Shown piece by piece: positions 32,609 to 42,740 of a stretch of DNA of 64,000 nt (its first letter is position 1; every line of letters begins with the position of its first letter). The DNA lies in contig CBDFLJ010000001.1 in assembly GCA_965248835.1 (NCBI GenBank), forward strand, positions 1,792,001 to 1,856,000, in the 5' to 3' direction. The notes beneath the pieces are model-generated. The model searched no databases and was not told the DNA's origin. It saw only the letters and a program-made list of their open reading frames with translations. The stretch is from Alphaproteobacteria bacterium. Its GTDB lineage: Bacteria > Pseudomonadota > Alphaproteobacteria > MPNO01. A program made the position numbers and the translations under genes.

Positions 32609-33010
32609 CTATCTGGAGGTTTCGCCCGATCTGGAGGTTTTGTCGTGCGGCGCGAGCGCGAAGCGGACCGTCAGGCGTCCGTCGTCGGGCACGAGCTCCA
32701 GCCGCAGCACCTCGCCCTCGCGCACGAAGCGGTCGGTGCCGGCCGGCTCCCAGCCGAGCGCCGGCAGGGCAAGCCGGTAGAACCGCCGCACTGCCGGTTC
32801 GGAGACCCGCCCGACGGCGGTCGCGCGGACGATCCGGCCGTCCCGGTTCTCGAACACCACGCCGTCCTCGACCCGCTCGGCGAGGCCCGGCGTCAGGGGA
32901 AGATCGGCAATGGCGGTGAGGAACCCCGGCGCGGTCTGGGCGTGGCCGGGGAGGGCGATCCATGCCAGCAGGGTGATGGCGAGCGTGCACGCGGCGGTTG
33001 ATCTGCCCAT
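32609..33010 (-). CDS. Small exported hypothetical protein
   Basis: Signal peptide (…LPGHA-Q), 133 aa, co-oriented between mutM and the enoyl-CoA hydratase. It is the C-terminal part of track ORF 32609..33898. Confidence 0.7.
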   Translation of the reverse strand: MGRSTAACTLAITLLAWIALPGHAQTAPGFLTAIADLPLTPGLAERVEDGVVFENRDGRIVRATAVGRVSEPAVRRFYRLALPALGWEPAGTDRFVREGEVLRLELVPDDGRLTVRFALAPHDKTSRSGETSR

Positions 33011-33024
33011 CGCGCAGGCCTTCC

Positions 33025-33876
33025 TCAACGCTGCCGCCTGGGGCAGTAGAAGGTCGACCGGCCGGACTGGACGATGCGCCGAACGCCGCCGCCGCAGGTG
33101 CAGCCCGGGCAGGGTTCGCCCTCGCGGTCGTAGACCTTGAACCGGTGCTGGAAATAGCCCAACTCGCCGTCGGGCGCGACGTAATCGCGCAGGCTGGAGC
33201 CGCCGGCCTCGATGGCTGCGGCCAAGGTCGCCCGGATCGCTTGGGCAAGCCGGGCGGCTCGGGCCGCGCCGATATTGGCCGCAAGCCGCCTCGGCGAGAT
33301 CCCGGCGGCATAAAGCGCCTCGCAGACATAGATGTTGCCGAGCCCGGCGACGACGCGCTGATCCAGGAGCGCGGCCTTGATCGGCGTCCGCTTGTTGGCG
33401 AGCCGCCGGGCGAGCATCGGCCCGTCGAACGCCTCCGATGTCGGTTCCGGGCCGAGATGGGCCAACAGCTCGTGCGCATCGAGGGTCTCCCGGCGCGCCA
33501 GGTCCATCAGCCCGAACCGGCGCGGATCGGCGTAGCGGATCATGGTGGCGTTGCCGAGCACGAAGACGATGTGTTCGTGGTCCGCCGCCCGGCCGGTGTT
33601 TCGCGCAAGCCGGCCGGGCGCGCCGTCGTCGATCACAATGCGCCCGGACATGCCGAGATGGGCGAGCACGACCGTCCCGTCGTCGAGGTCGATCGTCAGG
33701 TACTTCGCCCGCCGTCCGATGGCGGTGACGGTGCGGCCGATCAGGCGCTGCTCGAAATCGGCCGGGAGCGGCCTGCGCAGGTCGCGGCGGGCTACCCGGA
33801 CGCCATCGATCCGGCGGCCCTCCATGACGCGCGCAAGGCCGCGGCGGACGGTCTCGACCTCGGGCAGCTCGGGCAT
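33025..33876 (-). CDS. mutM: Formamidopyrimidine-DNA glycosylase
   Basis: MPELPEVE, RRAKY, HLGMSG, GLGNIY, C-terminal Cys4 zinc finger. Confidence 0.98.
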   Translation of the reverse strand: MPELPEVETVRRGLARVMEGRRIDGVRVARRDLRRPLPADFEQRLIGRTVTAIGRRAKYLTIDLDDGTVVLAHLGMSGRIVIDDGAPGRLARNTGRAADHEHIVFVLGNATMIRYADPRRFGLMDLARRETLDAHELLAHLGPEPTSEAFDGPMLARRLANKRTPIKAALLDQRVVAGLGNIYVCEALYAAGISPRRLAANIGAARAARLAQAIRATLAAAIEAGGSSLRDYVAPDGELGYFQHRFKVYDREGEPCPGCTCGGGVRRIVQSGRSTFYCPRRQR

Positions 33877-33921
33877 GGCGCCAACCTAGCGCGATCACCC
33901 ACGCCGCGCTATGGTCCGGCG

Positions 33922-34674
33922 ATGGCCGAGGATCCGCGCACGACCGCGACCCGGTTCGGGTTCGAAACCCTGGGCACCGAGGAGCACGCGAGCAGGGTCC
34001 GCGCCGTGTTCGAGGGTGTCGCCGGCCGCTACGATCTGATGAACGACCTGATGAGCGGGGGCCTCCACCGGTTGTGGAAGGCGGTCCTGCTTGACTGGCT
34101 GGCGCCGCAGCCCGGTTGGACGGTCATCGATGTCGCCGGCGGCACCGGCGACATCGCGCGCGGTATCCTCAAGCGCGTGCCGGCGCGGGTGATCATCTGC
34201 GATGCGACCCCGGCGATGCTCGATGCCGGCCGTGACCGGGCGGTCGACAGCGGGATCCTCGACGGCCTCGCATTCGTCTGCGGCCGGGCGGAGGCGCTGC
34301 CTTTGCCGAGCGCATCGGCGGACGCGTTGACCATCGCCTTCGGGCTGCGCAACCTTACCGATCGTGCGGCGGCGCTGGCGGAGTTCCGCCGCGTGCTCAA
34401 GCCCGGCGGCAGGCTCGCCTGCCTGGAGTTCAGCCGCCCCGCCCTGCCGGGTCTCGCCGCGGTCTACGATGCCTATTCGTTCCAGATCCTGCCGCGGCTG
34501 GGCGCGCTGGTGACCGGCCGGGGCGATGCCTACCGCTATCTGGTCGAGAGCATCCGCACCTTTCCCGACCAGGAAAGCCTGGCAGAGGCGTTCACCGCCG
34601 CCGGGCTGGGCGCGGTGCGCTACCGCAACCTGTCCGGCGGGATCGTCGCCTTGCATACGGCATGGCGGACATGA
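33922..34674 (+). CDS. ubiE: Ubiquinone/menaquinone C-methyltransferase
   Basis: YDLMNDLMSGGLHRLWK, DVAGGTGD, IAFGLRN, YLVESI. Confidence 0.95.
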   Translation: MAEDPRTTATRFGFETLGTEEHASRVRAVFEGVAGRYDLMNDLMSGGLHRLWKAVLLDWLAPQPGWTVIDVAGGTGDIARGILKRVPARVIICDATPAMLDAGRDRAVDSGILDGLAFVCGRAEALPLPSASADALTIAFGLRNLTDRAAALAEFRRVLKPGGRLACLEFSRPALPGLAAVYDAYSFQILPRLGALVTGRGDAYRYLVESIRTFPDQESLAEAFTAAGLGAVRYRNLSGGIVALHTAWRT

Positions 34675-36221
34675 TCCGGGCGATCCGAAACCTGGCGCGG
34701 ATCTGGACCATCCTGCGCACCCTCGCCCGCCACGACGCGGCCGCCCCGCCTGGAATCGCCGTGCCGTTCGCCCTGCGGGCGGTGCTCCGCCTGGCCGGGT
34801 TTCCGCGCCGGCGCGCGGTGCGCGCGCTGCGCCCAGGCCAGCGGCTCGCCGCGGCGCTGGAGCGCCTGGGGCCGGCCTTCGTCAAGCTGGGCCAGGCGCT
34901 GTCGGTGCGCTCCGACCTGGTGGGTGAGGCGGCGGCTTCGGATCTCGCCATGCTGCAGGACCGTCTGCCGCCGTTCGACGCCGTTGCCGCCCGGGCCACG
35001 GTCGAACACGCGTTCGGCCAACCGATCGAGGCGCTGTTCGAAACCTTCGACGATCAACCAGTCGCGGCGGCCTCGATCGCCCAGGTGCACCGCGCGGTCA
35101 CCGCCGACGGCACCCCTGTCGCGGTCAAGGTGCTGCGGCCCGACATCGAAGCTGCCTTCGGCCGCGACCTGGAGCTGCTGCGCTGGCTGGCCGGGATCCT
35201 CGAGCGAAGCCTGCCCGCAACGCGCCGGCTCAAGCCTGTCGAGGTGGTCGAGACCTTCGCCGAGACCGTCGCCGTCGAGATGGACCTGCGCCTGGAGGCC
35301 GCCGCCGCCCAGGAACTGCGCGACAACTTCGCCGACAGCCACGGCTTCTCGGTGCCCGAGGTCGACTGGCGGCGGACCGGACGCCGGGTGCTGACGACCG
35401 GCTGGATCGACGGCATCGCGATCGGCGACCGAGCGCGGCTGGAGGCGGACGGGCACGACCTGAAGGCGGTCGTCGCCCGCATGGCCTCGGTCTTTTTCCT
35501 CCAGGTGTTCCGCGACGGCTTCTTCCACGCCGATCTCCATCCGGGCAACTTGCTGGTCGGTGCCGACGGCGTGGTCCATGCGGTGGATTTCGGCATCATG
35601 GGCCGGCTGGACCGGCCGACCCGGCGCTACCTGGCCGAAATGCTGCACGGCTTTCTGCTCCGCGACTACCGCAAGGTCGCCGAAATCCATTTCACCGCCG
35701 GCTACGTGCCGGCCGACCAGTCGGTGGAGGCCTTCGCTCAGGCCGCGCGCTCGATCGCCGAGCCGATCCTCGGCCTGCCGCTCGACCAGATCTCGCTCGC
35801 CCGGCTTCTGGGCCAACTCTTCCAGGTCACCGGGCGGTTCAAGATGGAGGTCCAGCCGCAATTGCTGCTGCTGCAGAAGACCATGCTGGTGGCCGAAGGG
35901 GTGGGCCGCGACCTGCATCCGGAGACCAACATGTGGGAGCTCGCCCGGCCGCTGATCGAGGACTGGATGGCTGCGCAGCTCGGCCCCGAAGCCCGTTTGC
36001 GCGAAGCGGCCGAGACCATCAGCCACGGCATCGCCGGCCTGCCCGGCCTGCTTGCCGATCTCGAGCGCTCGGCCGGGGCGATCAGCCAGGGCCGCGTCAG
36101 GCTCGATCCGCAGACCGTCGCCGCCATTCATGCCGGCATGGGCGCCAGGCGACGCGGGCGCGGGCTGATGATCGCGGCCGCAGCCGCGGCCGCGGCCGTC
36201 GCGGTGGCGATTCTTGCTTGA
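34671..36221 (+). CDS. ubiB: Ubiquinone biosynthesis kinase-like protein
   Basis: LGPAFVKLGQ, AASIAQVH, VAVKV, FFHADLHPGN, DFG; directly follows ubiE. Confidence 0.95.
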   Translation: MIRAIRNLARIWTILRTLARHDAAAPPGIAVPFALRAVLRLAGFPRRRAVRALRPGQRLAAALERLGPAFVKLGQALSVRSDLVGEAAASDLAMLQDRLPPFDAVAARATVEHAFGQPIEALFETFDDQPVAAASIAQVHRAVTADGTPVAVKVLRPDIEAAFGRDLELLRWLAGILERSLPATRRLKPVEVVETFAETVAVEMDLRLEAAAAQELRDNFADSHGFSVPEVDWRRTGRRVLTTGWIDGIAIGDRARLEADGHDLKAVVARMASVFFLQVFRDGFFHADLHPGNLLVGADGVVHAVDFGIMGRLDRPTRRYLAEMLHGFLLRDYRKVAEIHFTAGYVPADQSVEAFAQAARSIAEPILGLPLDQISLARLLGQLFQVTGRFKMEVQPQLLLLQKTMLVAEGVGRDLHPETNMWELARPLIEDWMAAQLGPEARLREAAETISHGIAGLPGLLADLERSAGAISQGRVRLDPQTVAAIHAGMGARRRGRGLMIAAAAAAAAVAVAILA

Positions 36222-36282
36222 TAATCATGGGCTTGTCGGTCTCCGCTTGTCGGCGAGCGCGGCCGGCACTAGGTTCTAGCCC

Positions 36283-37500
36283 ATGTTGGACGGCAAGCGC
36301 ATCCTCCTGATCGTCGCCGGCGGGATCGCCGCCTACAAGTGCCTGGAATTGATCCGCCGGCTTGGCGAACGCGGCGCGCGGGTGCGCTGCGTGCTGACCC
36401 GCGCCGGGGCGGAATTCGTAACTCCGTTGTCGCTGGCGGCGCTCAGCGGCGATAAGGTCTACGAGGATCTGTTCTCGCTCACCGACGAGGCCGAGATGGG
36501 CCATATCCGGCTGTCGCGCGAGGCGGACCTGGTGATCGTCGCCCCGGCGACGGCCGATATCATGGCGAAGATGGCGCACGGGCTCGCCTCGGACCTCGCG
36601 ACGACGCTCCTGCTTGCAACCGACAAGGACGTGATGATCGCGCCGGCGATGAACGTGCGCATGTGGCGGCATGCCGCGACCGCGGACAACCTCGCCGTGC
36701 TGCGCGCACGCGGCATCCGCGTGGTCGAGCCGGGCGAGGGTCCGATGGCCTGCGGCGAGTTCGGCCCCGGCCGCATGGCCGAGCCCGAGGCGATCATTGC
36801 CGCCGCTGCCGCCTGTCTCGCCGGTGGGGTCCGGCTTGCCGGGCGCAGCGCGCTGGTCACCAGCGGGCCGACTTACGAGGCGATCGATCCGGTGCGCTAC
36901 ATTGCCAACCGGTCCTCCGGCAAGCAGGGCCACGCGATCGCCGGGGCGCTTGCCCGCGCCGGCGCGGCGACCCGGCTCGTCACTGGACCGACCCACGAGC
37001 CGGACCCCGACGGTGTCGAGGTGGTGCGCATCGAGTCCGCGCGCGAGATGCTGGAGGCCTGCCGGGCGGGCGTGCCGTGTGACGTCGCAGTCTTTGCCGC
37101 CGCGGTCGCCGACTGGCGCCCGGCGCGGACCAGCAGGCGAAAGGTGAAGAAATCGGCCGCCCGGCCGCCCGGGATCGTGCTGGAGGAGAACCCGGACGTG
37201 CTGGCCACGATCGCCGTCCCGGGCAACGCGCGCCCCGCCCTGGTGATCGGTTTCGCCGCGGAAACCGAGAATATCCTCGAGAACGCCCGAAGGAAGCAAC
37301 GGACCAAGGGCTGCGACTGGGTGCTTGCCAACGACGTCTCGCTCGGCACCGGGACGTTCGGCGGCGAGGCCAACACGATCCACCTTCTGACCGGCGAGGG
37401 ATCCGAGGACTGGCCGCGCCTGTCCAAGGACGAGGTTGCTGCAAGGCTGGCGGCACGGATCGCGGATTGGTTCGACACCCGCCCCGAGGCCGCCGAATGA
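36283..37500 (+). CDS. coaBC: Phosphopantothenoylcysteine decarboxylase/ligase
   Basis: [43 protein letters not shown]. Confidence 0.97.
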   Translation: MLDGKRILLIVAGGIAAYKCLELIRRLGERGARVRCVLTRAGAEFVTPLSLAALSGDKVYEDLFSLTDEAEMGHIRLSREADLVIVAPATADIMAKMAHGLASDLATTLLLATDKDVMIAPAMNVRMWRHAATADNLAVLRARGIRVVEPGEGPMACGEFGPGRMAEPEAIIAAAAACLAGGVRLAGRSALVTSGPTYEAIDPVRYIANRSSGKQGHAIAGALARAGAATRLVTGPTHEPDPDGVEVVRIESAREMLEACRAGVPCDVAVFAAAVADWRPARTSRRKVKKSAARPPGIVLEENPDVLATIAVPGNARPALVIGFAAETENILENARRKQRTKGCDWVLANDVSLGTGTFGGEANTIHLLTGEGSEDWPRLSKDEVAARLAARIADWFDTRPEAAE

Positions 37501-37955
37501 GCGAGACCGCGGTCCGGGTCGCCCGCCTGGCAGGCCACGACGACCTGGCGCTGCCGGCCTACGAGACCGCGCAATCGGCGGGGCTCGACCTCGCCGCGGC
37601 GGTCTTCGAGCCGCTGGTGCTGGCGCCCGGCGCGCGGGCAATGGTGCCGACCGGGCTTGCTGTCGCCCTGCCTTCCGGCCTGGAGGCGCAGATCCGCCCG
37701 CGCTCCGGGCTTGCCGCGCGCGCCGGCGTGACGGTGCTCAACAGCCCGGGCACGGTCGATGCCGACTACCGCGGCGAGATCAAGGTGATCCTCGCCAATT
37801 TCGGGGACGCACCGTTCACCGTCGAGCGCGGCATGCGGATCGCCCAGCTCGTTGTTGCGCCCGTCATCCGGATTTCCTGGGCCGAGGTCGCTTCCCTGCC
37901 CGACAGCGGGCGCGGCCCCGGCGGGTTCGGCTCCACCGGTACCGCGCGGAAATGA
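37497..37955 (+). CDS. dut: dUTP diphosphatase
   Basis: [36 protein letters not shown]. Confidence 0.97.
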   Translation: MSETAVRVARLAGHDDLALPAYETAQSAGLDLAAAVFEPLVLAPGARAMVPTGLAVALPSGLEAQIRPRSGLAARAGVTVLNSPGTVDADYRGEIKVILANFGDAPFTVERGMRIAQLVVAPVIRISWAEVASLPDSGRGPGGFGSTGTARK

Positions 37956-37962
37956 CCGACCG

Positions 37963-38739
37963 GTGATCGATTTCACCGAAGACCAGCTCCAACGTTACGC
38001 CCGCCACATCGTCCTGCCCGAAGTCGGCGGCACCGGCCAGGCCAGGCTGATGGACGGCAGCGTGCTGGTGATCGGCGCCGGCGGGCTGGGCGCGCCGTTG
38101 CTGCTGTATCTCGCCGCGGCCGGGGTCGGGACCATCGGCGTGGTCGACGACGACGTAGTCGATCTGTCGAACCTGCAGCGCCAGGTCATCCACGCGACCG
38201 AGCGGATCGGCATGGCCAAGGTCGAAAGCGCCGCCCTTGCGATCGCCGCGGTCAACCCCGAGATTCGCCTGGTTCCGCTTCACACCAGGCTTGATGAAGC
38301 CAATGTCGCCCGACTGATCGCGCCTTACGACGTGATCGCCGATGGCAGCGACAATTTCCACACCCGGTTCGTGGTCAACGATGCCTGCCATGCCGCCGGC
38401 AAGACCCTGGTCTCGGCTGCCATGCTGCGCTTCGAGGGCCAGCTTGCGACCTTCAAGTCGGGGCAGGGTGCGGAATACCCGTGCTATCGCTGCCTCTATG
38501 CGGAGGCGCCGCCGCCGGGCACCGTCCCGACATGCTCCGAAGGCGGCGTTCTAGGCGCGCTCGCCGGCACGATGGGCTCGCTCCAGGCAACCGAGGTGCT
38601 CAAGGAGTTGATGGAGATCGGCGACACGTTGGCCGGCCACTTGATGCTTTATGATGCGCTCTCGGCGACGATCCGCAAGATGACGCTGAAGCCTCGGCCC
38701 GACTGCGCCACCTGCGGCACGGCAGGCGGAAATGGCTGA
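37963..38739 (+). CDS. moeB: HesA/MoeB/ThiF family adenylyltransferase
   Basis: RYARH, GAGGLG, SNLQRQ, DGSDNF, CYRC, TCSEGG, CATC; no rhodanese domain. GTG start. Confidence 0.9.
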   Translation: MIDFTEDQLQRYARHIVLPEVGGTGQARLMDGSVLVIGAGGLGAPLLLYLAAAGVGTIGVVDDDVVDLSNLQRQVIHATERIGMAKVESAALAIAAVNPEIRLVPLHTRLDEANVARLIAPYDVIADGSDNFHTRFVVNDACHAAGKTLVSAAMLRFEGQLATFKSGQGAEYPCYRCLYAEAPPPGTVPTCSEGGVLGALAGTMGSLQATEVLKELMEIGDTLAGHLMLYDALSATIRKMTLKPRPDCATCGTAGGNG

Positions 38740-39124
38740 GCGGCCGGGCCTTGCGATCATCATCCAGTCAGGCGCCTTCGAGCGCGTCCACTACGCGCTG
38801 GTGCTTGCCTCCGCGGCGGCGGCGATCGACCGGCCGGTCACCCTGTTCTTCACCATGGAGGGGTGCAAGGCTCTGCGCCCGCCCGACAGGCTCGGCGCAT
38901 GGGCCGCGCCCGAAAAGGATTTCGCAGCCAAGGGCTTGGCGGGCTTCGAGGAGCTTCTGGGAGCTTGCGCCGAGCTCGGCGCAGCGATCACCGTCTGTGA
39001 GATGGGCCTCGCGGCCGTCGACTTGACGCCGTCGGACCTGCGCCGGGACCTGCCGATCACGGTGACCGGCGCGGTGAGCTTCCTCAACGGAGCGGGCGTC
39101 CACGCGCAGATGGTTTTCGTATAG
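38732..39124 (+). CDS. DsrE/DsrF-like family protein
   Basis: ASAAAA..PVTLFFTMEG, GAAITVCEMG, GAVSFL; 8-nt overlap with moeB. Confidence 0.8.
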   Translation: MAERPGLAIIIQSGAFERVHYALVLASAAAAIDRPVTLFFTMEGCKALRPPDRLGAWAAPEKDFAAKGLAGFEELLGACAELGAAITVCEMGLAAVDLTPSDLRRDLPITVTGAVSFLNGAGVHAQMVFV

Positions 39125-39136
39125 CGCATCACCCGC

Positions 39137-40135
39137 TCAGGTCTGTGCGGCGCCGTCGCGGTCGATCACGCGGTCGGGCGGGGTGCGGCCGTCGGCGAAG
39201 GCCTGGATGTTGATCAGGACGCGCTCCCCCATGGCGATCCGTCCCTCCCGCGTCGCCGAGCCGAGATGCGGCGACAGCACGACGTTCTCCAGCCCCAGGA
39301 GCGCCTTTTCGATCTTCGGCTCGCGTTCGAAGACGTCCAGCCCCGCGCCGGCGAGGACGCCTTCGGCGAGGCAGGCGGCGAGAGCGGCCTCGTCGATGAT
39401 CTCGCCGCGTGCGGTGTTGACCACATAGGCGTGCGGCTGGAGGGCGCGCAGCCGGGCGGCGTTCAGCAGATGATGGGTCTGGCGGGTGTGCGGGCAGTTG
39501 ATCGACACGAAGTCCATGCCGGCCAGCATCCGGTCGAGGTCGTCCCACCATGTCGCCTCGAGCGCGGCCTCGATCTGCGGATGCACGCGGTTGCGGTTGT
39601 GGTAGTGGATCGACATCGAGAACCCGCGCGCACGCTTGGCGACGGCCTGGCCGATCCGGCCCATGCCGATGATGCCGAGCCGCTTGCCCGAGACCCGGTG
39701 GCCCATCATGAAAGTCGGCGACCAGCCGCGCCAGTTTCCGGTTCGTGCCAGCCGCTCGCCCTCGCCCAGCCGGCGCGGCGCGCACAGCATCAGCGCCATG
39801 GTCAGATCGGCGGTGTCCTCGGTCAGGACTCCCGGCGTGTTGGTGACCATCACCCGCCTGGCTGCGGCGGCGGCCAGGTCGATGTGATCGACGCCGACCC
39901 CGAAATTGGCGATCAACCGGCAGCGGTCCGGCAGCGCGGCGATGACCTCAGCCGTGATCCGGTCGGTGACCGTCGGCACCAGCACGTCCGCCTCGGCTGC
40001 CGCCGTCTTCAGCGCCTTCGCGGTCATCGGCGTGTCATCGGCATTCAGGCGCGTGTCGAACAACCCCTCCAGGCGCGTCTCGATCTCCTGGGGAAGCTTT
40101 CGGGTCAGCAGGACCGTGGGCTTGGGGGCCACCAT
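39137..40135 (-). CDS. D-glycerate dehydrogenase / glyoxylate reductase (2-hydroxyacid dehydrogenase)
   Basis: VTNTPGVLTEDTAD, GMGRIG, NTARG, GLDVFE.EP, PHLGSAT. Confidence 0.93.
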   Translation of the reverse strand: MVAPKPTVLLTRKLPQEIETRLEGLFDTRLNADDTPMTAKALKTAAAEADVLVPTVTDRITAEVIAALPDRCRLIANFGVGVDHIDLAAAAARRVMVTNTPGVLTEDTADLTMALMLCAPRRLGEGERLARTGNWRGWSPTFMMGHRVSGKRLGIIGMGRIGQAVAKRARGFSMSIHYHNRNRVHPQIEAALEATWWDDLDRMLAGMDFVSINCPHTRQTHHLLNAARLRALQPHAYVVNTARGEIIDEAALAACLAEGVLAGAGLDVFEREPKIEKALLGLENVVLSPHLGSATREGRIAMGERVLINIQAFADGRTPPDRVIDRDGAAQT

Positions 40136-40245
40136 CGGCGCGATCTATCAACCCTGCCGCGTGCTGTCCAGAGGCGATGGCGAAACCGCGTCCGCCGGCT
40201 ATAGTGCGCCGGCCTAGAGACCGCCGCCCCGCCGAGACCCGCCCG

Positions 40246-40728
40246 ATGCGCTTGCCGTTCCTTTCGACCCTGGCGTTGGCCCTCCTGACCGCTGCCGGAG
40301 CCCCCGACCGGGCGGTCGCGGTGGAGCCCGACTACCCGCGTTTCGTCTCGCTGCGCGCCGCCAAGGCCAACGTGCGGATCGGCCCGGGTCGGCGCTATCC
40401 GATCGCCTGGGTGTTCGTCCGCCGCAGCCTGCCGGTCCAGATCATCGGCGCGTTCGAGACCTGGCGGCGGATCCGCGATTGGGAGGGCACCGAGGGCTGG
40501 ATCCACCAGTCGCTCCTGTCCCGGCGGCCCAGCATCATCGTGATCGAAGGCCCGCGGGCGCTCCGACGCATGCCGTCGCTCGCCGCACCCCTGGTCGCCC
40601 GGGTCAAGCGCGGCGTGATCGGCCGGCCGATCGAATGCCGGCCAGCCTGGTGCCGGGTCGAAATCCAGGGCCTGCGCGGCTGGATCGACCGAAGCGCGGT
40701 CTGGGGAGTGAAAACCGAGCAGGAATAG
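40246..40728 (+). CDS. Exported bacterial SH3-domain protein (two SH3_4 repeats)
   Basis: PRFVSL..ANVRIGPG.RYPI.W, WRRIRDWEGTEGWIHQSLLS, WCRV..GW. Confidence 0.88.
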   Translation: MRLPFLSTLALALLTAAGAPDRAVAVEPDYPRFVSLRAAKANVRIGPGRRYPIAWVFVRRSLPVQIIGAFETWRRIRDWEGTEGWIHQSLLSRRPSIIVIEGPRALRRMPSLAAPLVARVKRGVIGRPIECRPAWCRVEIQGLRGWIDRSAVWGVKTEQE

Positions 40729-40791
40729 CCGCGCTAGAGCTTGCTCCGAACATGCATTAGAGTGCGCAGGATCCCCAAATCGGAGGCGGAG

Positions 40792-41580
40792 ATGAACGCG
40801 AGCGTCGTTAAATCCATCAAGGGCTCATCGGTGCGCGACCGGGTGAGCGATGCCGAATGGAACACGCGCCAGGAGCTTGCCGCGGCCTATCGGCTGACCG
40901 ACATGTACGGCTGGGCGACGACCCTGATCTACAACCATATCTCGGCCCGGGCGCCCTCGCCCGACGGCGAGGAGCATTTCCTGCTCAACCCCTTCGGGCT
41001 GCGCTATGACGAAGTGACCGCCTCCAACCTGGTGAAGATCGATATCGAGGGCAACACCCTCGATGACGGCCCGTATGAGATCAACGAGGCCGGCTACGTC
41101 ATCCACAGCGCAATCCATGCCGCGCGCCCGGACGTGACGTGCGTCATCCACACCCACACCGAGGCCGGCATGGCGGTCTCCTGCCTCGAAGAAGGGCTGA
41201 TGTTCATCAACCAGGATGCCCTGTGGTTCTACGACAACATCGGCTACCACGAGTTCGAGGGCGTCGCCTGCAATCTCGACGAGCGCAAGCGCCTGGTAGC
41301 CAATCTCGGCGACAACTTCGCCCTGATCCTGCGCAATCACGGACTGCTGACGGTCGGACGCTCGATCGGCGAGGCGTTCACGCTGATGTTCTTCCTGGAG
41401 AAGGTGTGCAGCGCCCAACTCAAGCTGATGGCGGCCGCGGGGCGCGTCCATACCATCACCGAGGAGGTCTGCCGCTACACCGCCGGCCAGTTCAACCTCG
41501 CCGTCACGCGCGCCGGCGACCGCGAATGGCCGGCGCTGGTCCGCCAGCTCGACGCCGTCGATACGTCCTATCGCGATTGA
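40792..41580 (+). CDS. Class II aldolase/adducin family protein
   Basis: NHISAR, FLLNPFG, IHSAIH, HTHT, LRNHG. Confidence 0.92.
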   Translation: MNASVVKSIKGSSVRDRVSDAEWNTRQELAAAYRLTDMYGWATTLIYNHISARAPSPDGEEHFLLNPFGLRYDEVTASNLVKIDIEGNTLDDGPYEINEAGYVIHSAIHAARPDVTCVIHTHTEAGMAVSCLEEGLMFINQDALWFYDNIGYHEFEGVACNLDERKRLVANLGDNFALILRNHGLLTVGRSIGEAFTLMFFLEKVCSAQLKLMAAAGRVHTITEEVCRYTAGQFNLAVTRAGDREWPALVRQLDAVDTSYRD

Positions 41581-41589
41581 GCCCGCCGC

Positions 41590-42315
41590 ATGGCACAGCT
41601 CAGCGAGATCGCGCCCGACGTCTTCCGGCTCAGCGCCTACAACCCGGCGGCCGATTTCCAGTTCAACAGCTTCCTGGTGCGCGACGAGGAGCCGCTGCTC
41701 TATCACACCAATCTGTGCGGGTTCTTCGAGGAGATCCGCCAGGCCGCTTCCGCGGTGCTCGACCCGGCGTCGATCCGCTGGATCGGCTTCAGCCACTTCG
41801 AATCCGACGAATGCGGCTCGCTGAACGACTGGCTGCGGCTCGCGCCCGGGGCCACGCCGGTCTGCAGCTTCGTCGGCGCGCGCACCAGCGTCGGCGATTT
41901 CGCCATCCGGGCGCCGCGCGTCCTCGACGAAGGCGAGCGGCTGGAGACCGGGCGCCACCGGTTCCGGGTGATCGAGACCAAGCACGTCCCGCATGGCTGG
42001 GATGCGAGCCTGCTGTTCGAGGAGACCCGCAAGACGCTGTTCTGCTCCGACCTGTTCGGCCACAACGGCGATGTCGAGCCGCTCTATGAGGGCGACATCC
42101 TCGGCCGCAGCGCGGCCTACAACGACAGGCAGGCGGGGGGTCCGATGTCCCATTCGGTGCCCTATACCGGCCAGACCCGGCCGATCCTGAACGGTCTGGC
42201 CGACCTCGATCCGGCGACGCTGGCCTGCATGCACGGCTCCAGCTATGGCGGGGAAGCGGCGGCCGCCCTGCGCGCGCTGGGCGATGTCATCGAACGCAAT
42301 TCCAAAGGGGTTTGA
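41590..42315 (+). CDS. Stand-alone MBL-fold protein (FprA/ODP-like diiron domain, no flavodoxin domain)
   Basis: [28 protein letters not shown]. Confidence 0.8.
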   Translation: MAQLSEIAPDVFRLSAYNPAADFQFNSFLVRDEEPLLYHTNLCGFFEEIRQAASAVLDPASIRWIGFSHFESDECGSLNDWLRLAPGATPVCSFVGARTSVGDFAIRAPRVLDEGERLETGRHRFRVIETKHVPHGWDASLLFEETRKTLFCSDLFGHNGDVEPLYEGDILGRSAAYNDRQAGGPMSHSVPYTGQTRPILNGLADLDPATLACMHGSSYGGEAAAALRALGDVIERNSKGV

Positions 42316-42319
42316 GCCC

Positions 42320-42730
42320 ATGGCCACCAGGGAAAAGGTCCGAAAGACCGATGCGGAATGGCAGGCGCAGCTCACGCCCGAGCAATTCGCGGTCACCCGC
42401 CAACACGCCACCGAGCGACCGTTCAGCGGCGCATACGACAAGTGCAAGGACCCCGGCACCTACAAATGCATCTGCTGCGGCGAGCCTTTGTTCGAGGCCG
42501 GGGCAAAGTTCGATTCCGGCACCGGCTGGCCGAGCTTCTACCAGCCGATCGAAAAGGCGGCGGTGGAAACCACGGTCGACCGCAGCCTGTTCATGACCCG
42601 CACCGAGGTCCATTGCGCGCGCTGCGACGCCCATCTGGGCCACGTCTTCCCCGACGGCCCGAGGCCGACCGGTCAGCGCTACTGCATCAACTCGCTCGCG
42701 CTGGATCTCGCGCGCGGGGACGACGGCTGA
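42320..42730 (+). CDS. msrB: Peptide methionine (R)-sulfoxide reductase
   Basis: [32 protein letters not shown]; two zinc CxxC pairs. Confidence 0.97.
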   Translation: MATREKVRKTDAEWQAQLTPEQFAVTRQHATERPFSGAYDKCKDPGTYKCICCGEPLFEAGAKFDSGTGWPSFYQPIEKAAVETTVDRSLFMTRTEVHCARCDAHLGHVFPDGPRPTGQRYCINSLALDLARGDDG

Positions 42731-42740
42731 CCCCGCGCCC

